Assembly: GCA_043228905.1 (NCBI GenBank)
Contig: JBHGNT010000005.1
Location: forward strand, 1,240,001 to 1,304,000
Length of the DNA: 64,000 nucleotides
Direction of reading: 5' to 3'
Source: Azolla caroliniana
Taxonomy: Eukaryota > Plantae > Polypodiophyta
The notes under the pieces are model-generated. The model ran no database searches. It was given only the letters and a program-made list of their open reading frames with translations, and was not told the origin of the DNA. Each line of letters opens with the position of its first letter. The stretch's first letter is position 1. Position numbers and translations under genes: made by a program. Of this stretch, positions 13,582 to 26,411 are shown in pieces.

Positions 13582-15780
13582 ATGGCGTCCTCAAGCAACC
13601 AAGCAGGAGAGCTCGAAAGGATGATGCTAATCGTCGAGCAAATGATGAGATCTCGGGACAACGACGCGAGCGTGGAGAAGGCTGTCGATCGTGTCGTAGA
13701 GCTCGAGGGCCAATTCGATGGAAGGAACGTTACGAAGTTCCTTGATGCATATAAGAGGGAGATGAATCAAAGGGACGTGTCCGAGGCACGTCAAATCGCA
13801 AGCTTCAAGAGAGTTGTCGCCAACAACATCCAAAGACGCGTCATCGAGCTTCAAGAAGGAAAGACAACATGGTCCGAGTTCGAGAAAACGATACTAGCGG
13901 AGTTCGTGACTGAAGACTCAACGAGGATGACTCGACATGCCCTGATGAAGTGGATAGAGAAGAAGAATAAGAAGATGAGCGTCTCGAGGGTGTATGACGA
14001 ATTCGACCAGATGTTTAGTCGTCTCCCCAATACGGACCAAGTATTGCTTGAAGAGGACAAGACTTTGTACTTCTTGAAGGCCGTGGACATAAAGGATAGA
14101 CGGGAGTTGGGGACTCTTCTCGAAGATGATACCCAAGCAAATGGGCTCGTAGCGGACTGGATCGCGGTGAAGCGGGCATGCAATAGGCTCGACAAGCGTC
14201 GCCAATGGGTTGATGACACCGACTTGACGGGACCGACTACCACGGAGAAAGCAAGACCGCCGAAAGTAGTTGAGCCGCCGAGACAAAGTAACGTGGAAGA
14301 AAAGAAGATTGATGACGACATCATTGAAGAGCTAGCGAAGAAGTTCAAGAAGGTCACGCTAGCCAACATGAATCGTCGGGGCCCTAAAGGAAAAGAACCC
14401 TTTAGATGCGTGTGGTGCGATAGCATGGACCACATGAGAAGGGATTGTGCGAGCCTTCGAGAGGCGATTCGACAAAATATCGTATACATAGAGGACAACA
14501 TGATCTGCTCAAGCGAGACTAGAAGACCCCTACGGGTGAATTTCGGAAGAGGAGGAATGAAGAGATCTATGGAGGATGCCGATGCGACTCATGTGGATGC
14601 GATGCACTATGCTGCGTCGGCCGGAATAAGAGTCGGGAAAGACAAGACTGAAGCTGCTAGAGCGGGAGCAAAGTTTTGGACTTCCGTTCTCGAATATGAG
14701 AAGAAGGGAAAAGTCACATCGAACGAGGTAGAGCTTGCGGACCGAAACGTGCAAAGCATAACCGGGTGGTCGGATCCGGTGGATGACAACACCATACTCG
14801 CAGAGGTGATGTGCGACAACCACGAGGTGTTCGTCGAAGAAAAGAGAAAGAGAATAGAAGACCAAGGGCCATCAAAAAGACATGAAACAAGGAACGCGAA
14901 AAAGAAGGACGATGCGGAGACGAGTCGACCTTTACAAACGGAGGAACGAGAATCAAGCCGAAAAGGGGAGCCGAGCATACGAGTTGAAGAAACGGTTCGG
15001 CCCGTGAAGGTTGGTGTCGAAGACCCCGCTCGGAGGACAAGGACCATACCTACCTATAAGCTAAGGTCGGACATAGAGCAGACGACGGACCTAAAGAAGA
15101 TTCTTGAAGAACGAGTTCTTGATAGCCATGTAACTTTGTCCTTGAGGGAATTGCTTGGCATTACAAAGAAGGAGTTCCATGACACGATCGTGGACCTTGT
15201 AAAGAGAAAGAGACAACAATCGGACGAGGAAGAAGAGAAGCCGCAGAAAGCAAAAACGAATGCCATAACGATGGCAAGAGACGAAATCGATGAAGATATG
15301 GTGGACAGCCACTACACTCGACCTCATTGGGCACGAGCGACAACAGAGACGCCGGTGAAGATCGGGGAGAAGAAAGAGACCGTCGTAGCCTTGATCGACC
15401 ACGGCTCGGAGATCAACCTCATGTCAACCGACTTCTACAAAAAGGGAAGATGGCCAATCAATACAAACCACGGATGGAAGATTCGCGCGGCAACAAAGTC
15501 TACGGAGGACTTGTACGGAGCTTGTCCCAATGTCAAAGTCACGATCGGGGATGTGGAGATGGATCAACACTTCTTCGTACAAGAATCGGCGTCGCATCCT
15601 GTCATCCTAGGGCAACCTTATATCACATCATCTCGGATGGAGACCAAAGTGTTCGATAATGGAGCAGCCTTCGCACGAATAAAGAGTCTTGACAACCAAA
15701 GATCGGTCCAATTCCTAACGGTGCGAGCCAATCATGAAAGGAATCGAGATAGTCTCGGAGGCGAATCCTCGTATTTTTAG
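13582..15780 (+). CDS. gag: Gag-protease ORF1 of gypsy element
   Basis: First ATG at 13582 in the 734-aa ORF. CCHC knuckle CVWCDSMDHMRRDC and aspartic protease motif ALIDHGSEIN...ILGQP. Confidence 0.92.
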   Translation: MASSSNQAGELERMMLIVEQMMRSRDNDASVEKAVDRVVELEGQFDGRNVTKFLDAYKREMNQRDVSEARQIASFKRVVANNIQRRVIELQEGKTTWSEFEKTILAEFVTEDSTRMTRHALMKWIEKKNKKMSVSRVYDEFDQMFSRLPNTDQVLLEEDKTLYFLKAVDIKDRRELGTLLEDDTQANGLVADWIAVKRACNRLDKRRQWVDDTDLTGPTTTEKARPPKVVEPPRQSNVEEKKIDDDIIEELAKKFKKVTLANMNRRGPKGKEPFRCVWCDSMDHMRRDCASLREAIRQNIVYIEDNMICSSETRRPLRVNFGRGGMKRSMEDADATHVDAMHYAASAGIRVGKDKTEAARAGAKFWTSVLEYEKKGKVTSNEVELADRNVQSITGWSDPVDDNTILAEVMCDNHEVFVEEKRKRIEDQGPSKRHETRNAKKKDDAETSRPLQTEERESSRKGEPSIRVEETVRPVKVGVEDPARRTRTIPTYKLRSDIEQTTDLKKILEERVLDSHVTLSLRELLGITKKEFHDTIVDLVKRKRQQSDEEEEKPQKAKTNAITMARDEIDEDMVDSHYTRPHWARATTETPVKIGEKKETVVALIDHGSEINLMSTDFYKKGRWPINTNHGWKIRAATKSTEDLYGACPNVKVTIGDVEMDQHFFVQESASHPVILGQPYITSSRMETKVFDNGAAFARIKSLDNQRSVQFLTVRANHERNRDSLGGESSYF

Positions 15781-18700
15781 AGCGGACTATTGAAGCATGG
15801 GGCACAAATAGTCCGAGCAATCACAAGACCCCACAAGAAAGAAGAGTGCGTGGATTGCAAGGAGAAGCAACATGTGTCACACCTAGTGGCGCATGTAAAC
15901 TAGTACTACCCGACAAGAAGCACAAGAGCCGGATACAAGAATTCGAGAAGATGCTGAAAGAAGAGAACATAATAGAAGAAGGAGAGTTCGTGACTCATAT
16001 TATGGAAGAAGCCTCATTTAACGACACCATCGGCGAAATCGAGGACGTCGTGGACTTGAGCTATCTTCACAACCAACGTGTGATTTCGGTTAACTCCGTC
16101 AACATGTATGTTATCATTGATGAATACCGTCATGGCATCTCGATGAATGAAGCTGACATCAACACGAAATATAAAACAGTGGGTAAGAAGATCGAGCCAG
16201 TTGCGGTTCCGCTACCGGAAGATAGCTGGCAAAAGATGAAGGAAGTCGCTAACGATCCAAGCTTAAGAGATCCGAAGAAGATAGGTCATGACTTCATCAA
16301 AGAGACGAAGGGGAAGCTACGAGTTGGAAAGGAGGATTTCCTTCTCCCTGAAGAGGAGCGAATGTTTCGCGATATGCTTGAGAGACATGGGAAGGCTTTC
16401 GCATTCTTCCCACGAGAAATCGGATGCGCCGACCCAAAGGTTATAGAGCCAATGGTGATCTTCACGGTGCCTCATGTGCCTTGGAATTTGAAACCGATAC
16501 CGGTTTCGAGAGCACACCTTCCGAAGCTGATCGAGCTCTTAAAGGAGAAGGTGAGTATGGGAATTCTAGAACCGTCGAATGCTCCTTATTCCAATAGGTG
16601 GTTCACGGTGCCGAAGAAGAATGGATCATTGCGATTCATCCAAGATCTTCAACCCGTCAACAAGGTGACAATTCGAAATGCAGGAATCGGTCCGAGCGTG
16701 GACGAATTTGCCGAAGCGTTTGCGGGCCGGTCCATCTACTCCATTGGCGATCTCTACTCCGGATATGACCAATTCCAGTTGGCGATCGACAGTCGGGACA
16801 TTACAACCATGAGGACTCCGATCGGGCTTGTGCGGATGTGTACCTTACCCCAAGGCGCAACGAACTCGGTGGCTCATATGGTGAATGCCATGAATAAAGT
16901 CTTGAAGGATTGCATTCCGGACATCACGATGCCATTCTTGGATGATATTCCGATAAAAGGATGTTCGGATGAGGAGAAAGATGAATCGAAAGATAAGGAA
17001 GGTTGTAGAAAGTTCGTTGCGGATCATATGAAAGATTGCGAGAAGGTGCTTCAAAGGCTCGAAGATGCGAATTTGACATTTTCGGGAGAAAAATCCGCAT
17101 TCGGGAAACCGGAGATCTTGGTGGTAGGTCACTTGTGTGGAGCATACGGCCGGAAGCCCTCGCCATCCAAAGTGAACGCAATCCAAGACATGAAAGAAGA
17201 ATGCGAAAACCAAACGGAGGTTCGAAGGTTCCTTGGAGCGTGCGCATTTTATCATATATGGATTCCTCACTACGCTCATGTCGTTGAACCGTTATATGGA
17301 CTACTAAAGAAAAGAATAAAGTTCGAATGGCGAGACGAGCACACAGAGGCGATGCGAAGATTAAAGAAACTGCTTCTTGAAGCTCCGGCACTAAGGAAGG
17401 CCGACTATGCCGAAGGGAAACCAATTTATGTGACCGTAGATACAAGCCCAACCAGAATCGGGTGGGTCATCAATCAAGAAGGTGAAGATAATGCGCGATA
17501 TGCCGTCCGGTTCGGAGCAAAGGTTCTCAGCGAACGGCAACAAAGATATGCCCAAGTCAAGCGGGAACTTTGGGGTATTGTGTCGGCAGTGAAGACGGAC
17601 AAAGATTACCTGATCGGATCAGAAGTGATAATAGAGACAGATTGTCTCCCAATTCTCGGAATGGTCTCAGGATGTGCGACCCCAGATCTTGCTATGCTAA
17701 GGTGGATCGCCTACATCAAGTCTTTAAACCCAGAGATCCGTCACATCGCAGGGAAGAAGAACGCCATGGCTGACATGCTGTCGAGGGCAAGATTTTCAAA
17801 TGGAAGTAACATGGTTTCGGAAGATGAAGATGTCGCCCTCGACTTCTTCAAGATGGCTCGATTGTCGGCGGAAGACCAGGACATGCAAACCCTCCACGCC
17901 TTCAACGAGAACGAGTACGAAGGAGAATGGTTACTCATCGGTAGATTCCTAAGAACATTGACGACAAATGCTTCGTTGACAAAGGAGGAGGCCCTACGAA
18001 TCCGAAAGAAAGCTTACCGATACTTCTTGAAGGGAGGATTCCTTTGGCGACATCCAAAAAGAAGGACAGGAATACCACGTCGAGTGGTGGTAAAGAAAGA
18101 AGAGCAAGAGACGTTGATGACCGAATTCCACGAGAGTGCTTGGGCAGGTCATAGAGGAACATGGGCGACGTTCGAAAAATTGAAGGAGAAGTATTGGTGG
18201 CCAAGCATGTACAAAGATGTACTCCATTTCGTGTCCACATGTGAAACTTGCCAAATATATTCAAATATACGTCATCGTGATGAGTTAAAGCCGACATACC
18301 CACTCACCATTCACTTCAAATGGATGGTGGATCTGGTCTCGATGCCAATGGGAGTGGGACAAATGAAGTACTTAGCGCTCGCAAGGGAAGACTTGACAAA
18401 TCAAGTGGAAGGACGAGCCTTGACAAATAAGACGACTTCAGCCGTTTGCAAATTTCTACTTGAAGATGTTGTTTGCCGATATGGATGTGTAGGGAAGATA
18501 GTGGCCGACCGAGGGGAGTTGGACGCGCACGAAGCGACGGAGCTCTTCGAAAGACTAGGCGTGAAGCTCTCCCTCACGACTGCCTACGATCCGGAAGCAA
18601 ATGGGAAGATCGAGCGAGGGCATGGACCTATCGTTAAAGCCATCGTACAGGCATGCAACGGTCGAGTCGGGAATTGGCCATGACTATTACCCTATGCCTT

Positions 18701-18813
18701 GTGGGCCGATAGAACGACACATAGCTCGGTGACAGGGTATATGCCGACGGAGCTTATGTATGGACAAAAGCCGATTATGCCCATCGAAAGGACGATCGCC
18801 TCATGGGTAGCGA
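15774..18813 (+). pseudogene. pol: Pol ORF2 (RT-RNase H-integrase) in the -1 frame; premature TGA at 18681-18683 and cut by a TIR element at 18813
   Basis: RT motifs DLYSGYDQ, LPQG, FLDD. RNase H VDTS...E...DCLP...AD. Integrase HHCC (HESAWAGH...CETC) and D,D,E (VDL, ADRG, IER). The frame continues after the stop as LLPYALWADRTT...SWVA. Confidence 0.93.
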
Positions 18814-19049
18814 CCTGGGGACTTCACTATCAAAACTTGTATGATAGCACGTGAGTTCATCAAAAGGGGTTTTAATTAATCAGTGAGATACAGAATATAT
18901 ATACATAAGGGTATTAATAAAGATTTGAAAATATTTTTACATAAGGGTATTATCAATTATGCTGAAAAAAAAATTACGTAAGCCCATGAAATATTAGATA
19001 TTTCAATGAAATAGTAAAGAATATATTATGCAAAGAATACTCAAATTTG

Positions 19050-21042
19050 AAGTGGCATACATACATACATACATACATACATATACATGCATGCATCCAT
19101 ATATACCTACATTCAAACATTACATCCATGAATATGTATATACATACATACATTACACCCATTTATACATGCATGCTGACTAAACATAAATATATATTAC
19201 CATATGTAAATATGTACATACACATACATACATGCATTACATACTACATACATATTAAAATTGGCCATATATATTGACATACATATATAGATAATACATA
19301 CATTAAAATTACATATTACATTTATACATACACTTCCTTACAAACATATTTTATATATTACATATGTACAAATATATATTACCATATGTAAATATGTACA
19401 TACACATACATACATGCATTACATACTACATACATATTAGAATTGGCCATATATATTGACATACATACATAAAAATTACATATTACATTTATACATACAC
19501 TTCCTTACAAACATATTTTATATATTACCATATGTAAATATGTACATACACATACATGCATGCATTACATACTACATACATGTTAGAATTGGCCATATAT
19601 ATTGACATACATACATAAAAATTACATATTACATTTATACATACACTTCCTTACAAACATATTTTATATATTACATATGTACAAATATATATTACCATAT
19701 GTAAATATGTACATATACATACATGCATGCATTACATACTACATACATATTAGAATTGGTCATATATATTGACATACATACATAAAAATTACTTATTACA
19801 TTTATACATACACTTCCTTACAAACATATTTTATATAGGGAAAAGTACCAAGATACCCTTGGAAGTTTGTCTATTTACCAGAATGCCCCTGGACGTTCCA
19901 AATTTACCAAACTACCCCTATGTCCAAAAAAATACACAGGGGTAGTTTGGTAAATTTGGAACGTCCAGGGGCATTCTGGTAAATAGACAAACTTCCAGGG
20001 GTATCTACTTTTCCCTTTTATATATTACATATTACATACATTTATTATTATACACACAATTATATACAAATGCAAATATACAAACCAAACACAAAAAATA
20101 TAAAATTCATATTATATATATATATATATTATATACACATACATACACATACACACATTCCATACATATAATACAATACAATATGTACATATATACACAC
20201 ACAAACATAACACACATCACACATGCATATCATATACATGCATATATACCTACAAGCTACATTCATATATCACACATGCATATATACCTACATACATGAA
20301 TATGTATATACATACATTACACTCATTTATACATACATATTAACTAAACATAAATATATGTACAAATATATATTACCATATGTAAATATGTACATAATAC
20401 ATACAATAAAATTACATATTACATACATATATACATACACAAATGCATATATACATACAAAACACACAAAAATAAATTACATATTATATATATGTATACA
20501 CATACACATACATATTAACACCTAAAGGCTAAGATTACATACTATATATATACAAATCTTCATACTTACAAACAAGTTACATATATTACATATATATACA
20601 CGTGCACACACATAAATAAATTAGATATTACATAGCATATATTACACAATATTCAAATTTACACATACATAAATTACATATATACATATATAGATACATA
20701 CATAGATATACATATTACATATGTACATACATATTCCACATATCACCATATATATATGTATAGATTATACTGGACCATACAAACCACAATACTTATATAC
20801 ACACACACACACACACATTAGATATATGTATACTTACACACACATTAGATATGTATATGTATACTTACACATAAATAAATTAGATATTACATAGCACATA
20901 ATCCATACCTATTACACAATATACAAATTTACACATGCATAAATTACATATATACATACATAGATATATTACATATGTACATACATATTCTACATATCAC
21001 CATATGTATAGATCATACTAGACCATACAAACCACAATACTT

Positions 21043-21076
<34 letters not shown>

Positions 21077-22237
21077 TAGATATATGTATACTTACACATA
21101 CATTGGATATATACATGCATATTACGTACATATTACAAACATACATCCATATATGAGCCATATACATATGTACTAAACATGATAATATCCCAAAAATATA
21201 GATACATAAATACATTACATATATACACATACATACATTCATACATTTACATATATATGACCACATACACACACATACACACATACATTAGATATATATG
21301 CACATATTACAAACATATTCATACTCATTAAATCATGTATATCGACATATACATATATGCATACACATACATACATTACATATGTACATACATATTCCAC
21401 ATATCACCATATATATATGTACATATGCCTACAATGTTAAAAGTTTTACAAACATACATCCATACACATATATACATACATTACATGCATGCATACACAT
21501 AAATATGTTACATACACATACATACATACATTTCATCACAGACTACAATACATACATGTATACTTACACATACATAAATATTATGAACACACTCATGTAT
21601 GCATAGTACACTATTACACATACAAACATACATGCATTGCATATTACATATATATACATATGTACATGCATACATGTACATTCATGTGTGTACATACATA
21701 CATTGCATATGCATATATTACAATCACATTCATATACATTGAATCATGTACATTGTCATATATATGCATACACGTATGTACATTCATACATGGACATACC
21801 TATATTCATTTATATATTGCTACAGTCTACATATACATAAATTAGATATATACATAAATATTACAATCACACATCCATACACATTGAATCATGTACATTG
21901 TCATATGGATATATGCATACACATACATACATACGTGTATGTATACATACATACATATGTGTATGTATACATACATACATTAGATATGGATATATGCATA
22001 CACATATGTACATTCGTATATGGACATACATATCTTCATTTATACATTGCTACACATACATACACATATATACATTAGATATCTACATAGATATTATGCA
22101 TATATTACAATCACACATCAATACACATTGAATCATGTACATTTGCATATGCATATATGCATACACATATATACATTCGTACATGGACATACATATAGTC
22201 TTTTATACATTGCTACATGTACATACACATACATACA

Positions 22238-22270
<33 letters not shown>

Positions 22271-22683
22271 TAGATATACACACACATACGTATATATATA
22301 TATACACCTACATATAGTCTTCTATACATACACATACATTACATATGGATATATGCAAACACATATGTACATTCGTACATGGACATACATATATTCATTT
22401 ATACATTGCTACATATACATACACATATATATACATAGATATTATGCACATATTACAATCACACATTGAATCATGTACATTTGCATATGCATATATGCAT
22501 ACACATACATACAATCTTTTATACATTGCTACATGTACATACACATACATACATATTACAAACAAATATCCACACACACACACACACAAATATACATACA
22601 TTACATATTACATATGTACATTTATATATTCATTCATTCATGTTTATTCATTGAAGCATACATATTTTATGCATACATTACAT

Positions 22684-22742
<59 letters not shown>

Positions 22743-23685
22743 TTCATTCATTCATGCATGCATACATTATGTGCACATACATACATAACATACATTCATA
22801 CTAAACATACATTCAAACATTCATGTTTTTTTATTTAGATATTTGCCTCCTCCTCCTTTGCTCCCTCCTCTTCTTTGCTCATTTCTGTGATTGCTTCTTC
22901 TCCCCTTCTTTTTGTCCTCGTTTTGCCGTCGCCACCGCTCGCCTTGTCGTGCCGCTTTTGCTCACCATTATTCTCTGTTGGGGCTGCCACAACTATTCTA
23001 CAAATATTTTGCAGGTACACATAAGTACAAACATAAACCAACACATAAATTCTTAGCCACACACACACACGTACATACATACATACATACATAAACACAC
23101 ACACACACGCGCGCGCGCGGGCCATACATACAATAAACGAAATTAATACATTACAATATTATATGTACATATATACACACATACCTATGTACACATACTT
23201 ACACATTTACACATATAACACATACATACAATACAATATGTACACACATACATACATACACATGGAATACAAACAATACATACATAAACACACACACACA
23301 CACACACATGTGTAGAATATACATACACACATGTACACACATATATACACTTACATACATACACATTTACACATATAACACATACATACAATACAATATG
23401 TGCACACACACATACATAAACACACACACACACACACACACACACGTGTAGAATATACATACACATATGGACACATATATATGTTGTATGGAACATACAT
23501 ACACACACACAAACATAACACACAACACTCACATGAAATACATACAATAAATGCAATACAATATGTACATAATACACACATACCTATACACACATGCATA
23601 CAATCCATACAATACCTATATACACATATAATGCACACATACATACATAAACCAACACATAAATTCTTAGCCACACACACACACG

Positions 23686-23736
<51 letters not shown>

Positions 23737-24069
23737 GCCATACATACAATAAACAAAATTAATACATTACAATACAATATGTACATATATACACACATAC
23801 CTATATACACATACATACACATTTACACATATAACACATACATACAATACAATATGTACACACATACATACATACACATGGAATACAAACAATACATACA
23901 TAAACACACACACACATGTGTAGAATATACATACACACATGTACACACATATATGTTGTATGGAACATACATACACACATACCTATATACACATATATAC
24001 ACTTACATACATACACATTTACACATATAACACATACATACAATACAATATGTGCACACATACATACAT

Positions 24070-24106
<37 letters not shown>

Positions 24107-24172
24107 TAGAATATACATACACATATGGACACATATATATGTTGTATGGAACATACATACACACACAAACAT
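19050..24172. repeat. ~5-kb CA/TA-rich low-complexity tract with embedded 150-300 bp tandem duplications
   Basis: Near G-free + strand built of CATA/CACA/TATA. A ~150-180-bp unit occurs four times at ~19190-19837, with further duplicated blocks at ~23030-24170. Confidence 0.95.
19838..20015. mobile_element. Mutator-type fold-back MITE (178 bp)
   Basis: GGGAAAAG...CTTTTCCC termini, ~80-bp near-perfect inverted arms and a 9-bp TSD TTTTATATA (19829-19837, 20016-20024). Confidence 0.92.
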
Positions 24173-24175
24173 ATT

Positions 24176-24895
24176 GTTGAGGATGAGACTGTGATTAAGC
24201 GGAATGTTAAGTGGGATAGCTCAAATGAATTACTTTTGGGTTTTTGTGGGTTGAAGTCATCCAATCATTAATGTGTCTCATCATGTATGATAAAGGTTGG
24301 TGACTCTAATGCTGATTATGAAACCATTGTTAGCTCCTTTAAAGACTATGTGGTTGGACATTATGCTAGGGTGTTAATTGCGAATCCTCTTCACCCTAAA
24401 CTTCCACAATTAGTATTGGTTGTACAATGTACATGTAATTGCTTTGATGCAGATTTTGTAAAATGCCAATGGAATGAAGTGGAAACTTTATGGGAAAAAC
24501 ACCTCTCCACAAGTATTGGGCCAATTGTTGGACATGTATTTGATGGAGATAGTAGGAGAAGAAAGATTATGCTTCAAGTTTACTTAACCCCAAGCATATG
24601 CTTAAGATATAAATTGCCTTGGGATGGTTGGATCTTCATAGGTCAAATGCATAATGATATGGTAAGTTGTCTTCATGATCAAGATTTCATCCATAATCGA
24701 AAGAAACTTGTGAATGCACTAGATAATCCCTCAAGACAATTAGTAATTGGGGATGTATGGATCACATTGAATCATGTGTCTTTGGTATATAATAACTTCT
24801 CTATTGATGCACATGGCTTAAGGGAATGTGATATTACGAGAGAAGATAGGCAAAATTGGGCTGGAGCTCAAAGAATTGCAAGTAGAAATGTAGAA
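24176..24895 (+). pseudogene. P-element/THAP9-like DDE transposase fragment
   Basis: One frame with a single TAA (24269-24271): VEDETVIKRNVKWD..LLGFCG ... GHVFDGDSRRRKIM ... QDFIHNRKKLVN ... DRQNW. This gives first D, second D, a DxxHxxK motif and the insertion-domain region. N- and C-termini are missing. Confidence 0.7.
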
Positions 24896-25887
24896 ACCAA
24901 ATATAAACCTACTGTATTCCAAATATATTTTCTGATTTCTTTACTTCCATGTATATTAAGATTTCTTGCTTTTGTTGTTACATTTTATGATATAGGTCCA
25001 ATGTTGAAGATGGAAACGACATGAAATTTACAGCCTAAAATGAACTTCTTAGGGTTTTCTTTTTATATACTCAGTCTTTATAAGGGTAACCTTTATTGCA
25101 ATAAGTTTTTTAAGTAGATATTCCAATAACAAAATGATTTATTTTATTTCATTTTGATTTGGGTAAGAGTATGTGAATAGATGATGTCTTACATTTCAAA
25201 TGGAAATATGAAGTAGGTTGCCATTTGTTTGATCAATGTGTTTGAGAAAAAATAATATTATGTCTTTATATGAGTCTATATCCATGAAACCAAACATAAT
25301 GTTAATTTGTTAGTAATTTCATTATTGATATGCATTTTGGATTGTTCCATATGTGCTCTTTGAGATGTATGTGTTAAGTTCAAGATTGTTTTATTGTAAA
25401 TTACATTGTTTTTTATCACTCAATGTTCTTCATACGTCTCAATAAACTAAAAACAAAAACTTATATGTGGCTTGTATATGTTATACCTGTAGTGTTTTTG
25501 GGTAATGTTTCCTAATTGTGTGTACATTACTTTGTACTTTACACATTGTGTTTTCAATCTATGTGGCACTTAATGAAACATTTCTAGGAATTTGCATATG
25601 ATGTTTAATGTCGATTCATAATTTTGCGAGTCATCAATTGTAAAGATGGTCATTGATCCCTTCTAGGATCACAACCTATGTGTGCATGTATATTTTATAT
25701 GTAAGGGTATTTAAAATGGGTGGTTATCAAAAAATATATTGGTAATAAGGGGTATTTTTATTAATCTTTTTTCTACAGAAGGGTTACTAAAATAGTAAAA
25801 ACCATACGTATAAGGGGTTTATAAATGATGTCATGAACGCACGTGATACAACCTTCTTATGTATAGTGGAGTCCCCGGGGGTAGCGA

Positions 25888-26339
25888 TACCGTGGGGGAA
25901 CGAGATGAGCCGAGAAGAGTTATTAGCAGCGCGGATAAGGCAACTTGAAAGAAGACCTGAAGATTTAGAAAAAGCGCGAAAGATGATGAAGGCAGGCCGA
26001 GTAAAGAACAAAGTTCGGTTCGACAACACGCATCGACTTCGTCCCAAGAAGATTGAAGAAGGGGATTGGGTTTTAGTTTACGACATCACCCTTGACAATC
26101 AACATAGTACAACAAGGAAGTTCGCAAGAAGATGGTTCGGGCCGTATGTGGTGACAAGTGCCAACGATAATGCCACATACCACCTTACGGAACTAGACGG
26201 ATCAAGGTTGGTCGTACCCATTGCGGGAAAAAGAGTAAAGCTTTTCAAGAAAAGACAAGACAAGGATCCTGACCTCGATTACCTCGACGATGAACATAAT
26301 AGGCCGGATGAAAATGAAGACATGGAGGAATCTAATTGA
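25888..26339 (+). pseudogene. pol: C-terminal remainder of gypsy integrase (GPY/F module, no chromodomain)
   Basis: IPWGNEMSREELLAARIRQL...GDWVLV...KFARRWFGPYVV continues the frame interrupted at 18813. Confidence 0.9.
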
Positions 26340-26398
26340 TCATCGTAGCCGAAATCTCACTTCTTCTCTTCTTGGCACGTACCGAAGGACGTGCGGTT

Positions 26399-26411
26399 TG
26401 GTGGGGGTGGA
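26399..26411 (+). promoter_or_regulatory. Polypurine tract
   Basis: G-rich GGTGGGGGTGGA immediately before the 3' LTR. Confidence 0.75.

Larger units (their letters stand above)
18814..25879 (+). mobile_element. Non-autonomous TIR DNA transposon with P-element-like transposase remnant
   Basis: 17-bp TIRs CCTGGGGACTTCACTAT / ATAGTGGAGTCCCCGGG (2 mismatches) and perfect 8-bp TSD GGTAGCGA (18806-18813, 25880-25887). Removing it restores integrase ...SWVA-IPWGNE... Confidence 0.93.

Noticed and set aside
13627-17938. Antisense and alternate-frame ORFs overlapping gag/pol (e.g. 13851-14501, 216 aa)
   Set aside because: Expected shadows of long coding frames; no recognisable motifs.
18974-24264. 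Dozens of His/Ile/Tyr/Thr- or Val/Cys/Met-rich ORFs
   Set aside because: Translation artefacts of CA/TA low-complexity DNA.
18814-25879. hAT classification based on the 8-bp TSD
   Set aside because: Transposase has DxxH rather than CxxH and the TIR lacks the (C/T)AG start. Not fully excluded without a profile search.
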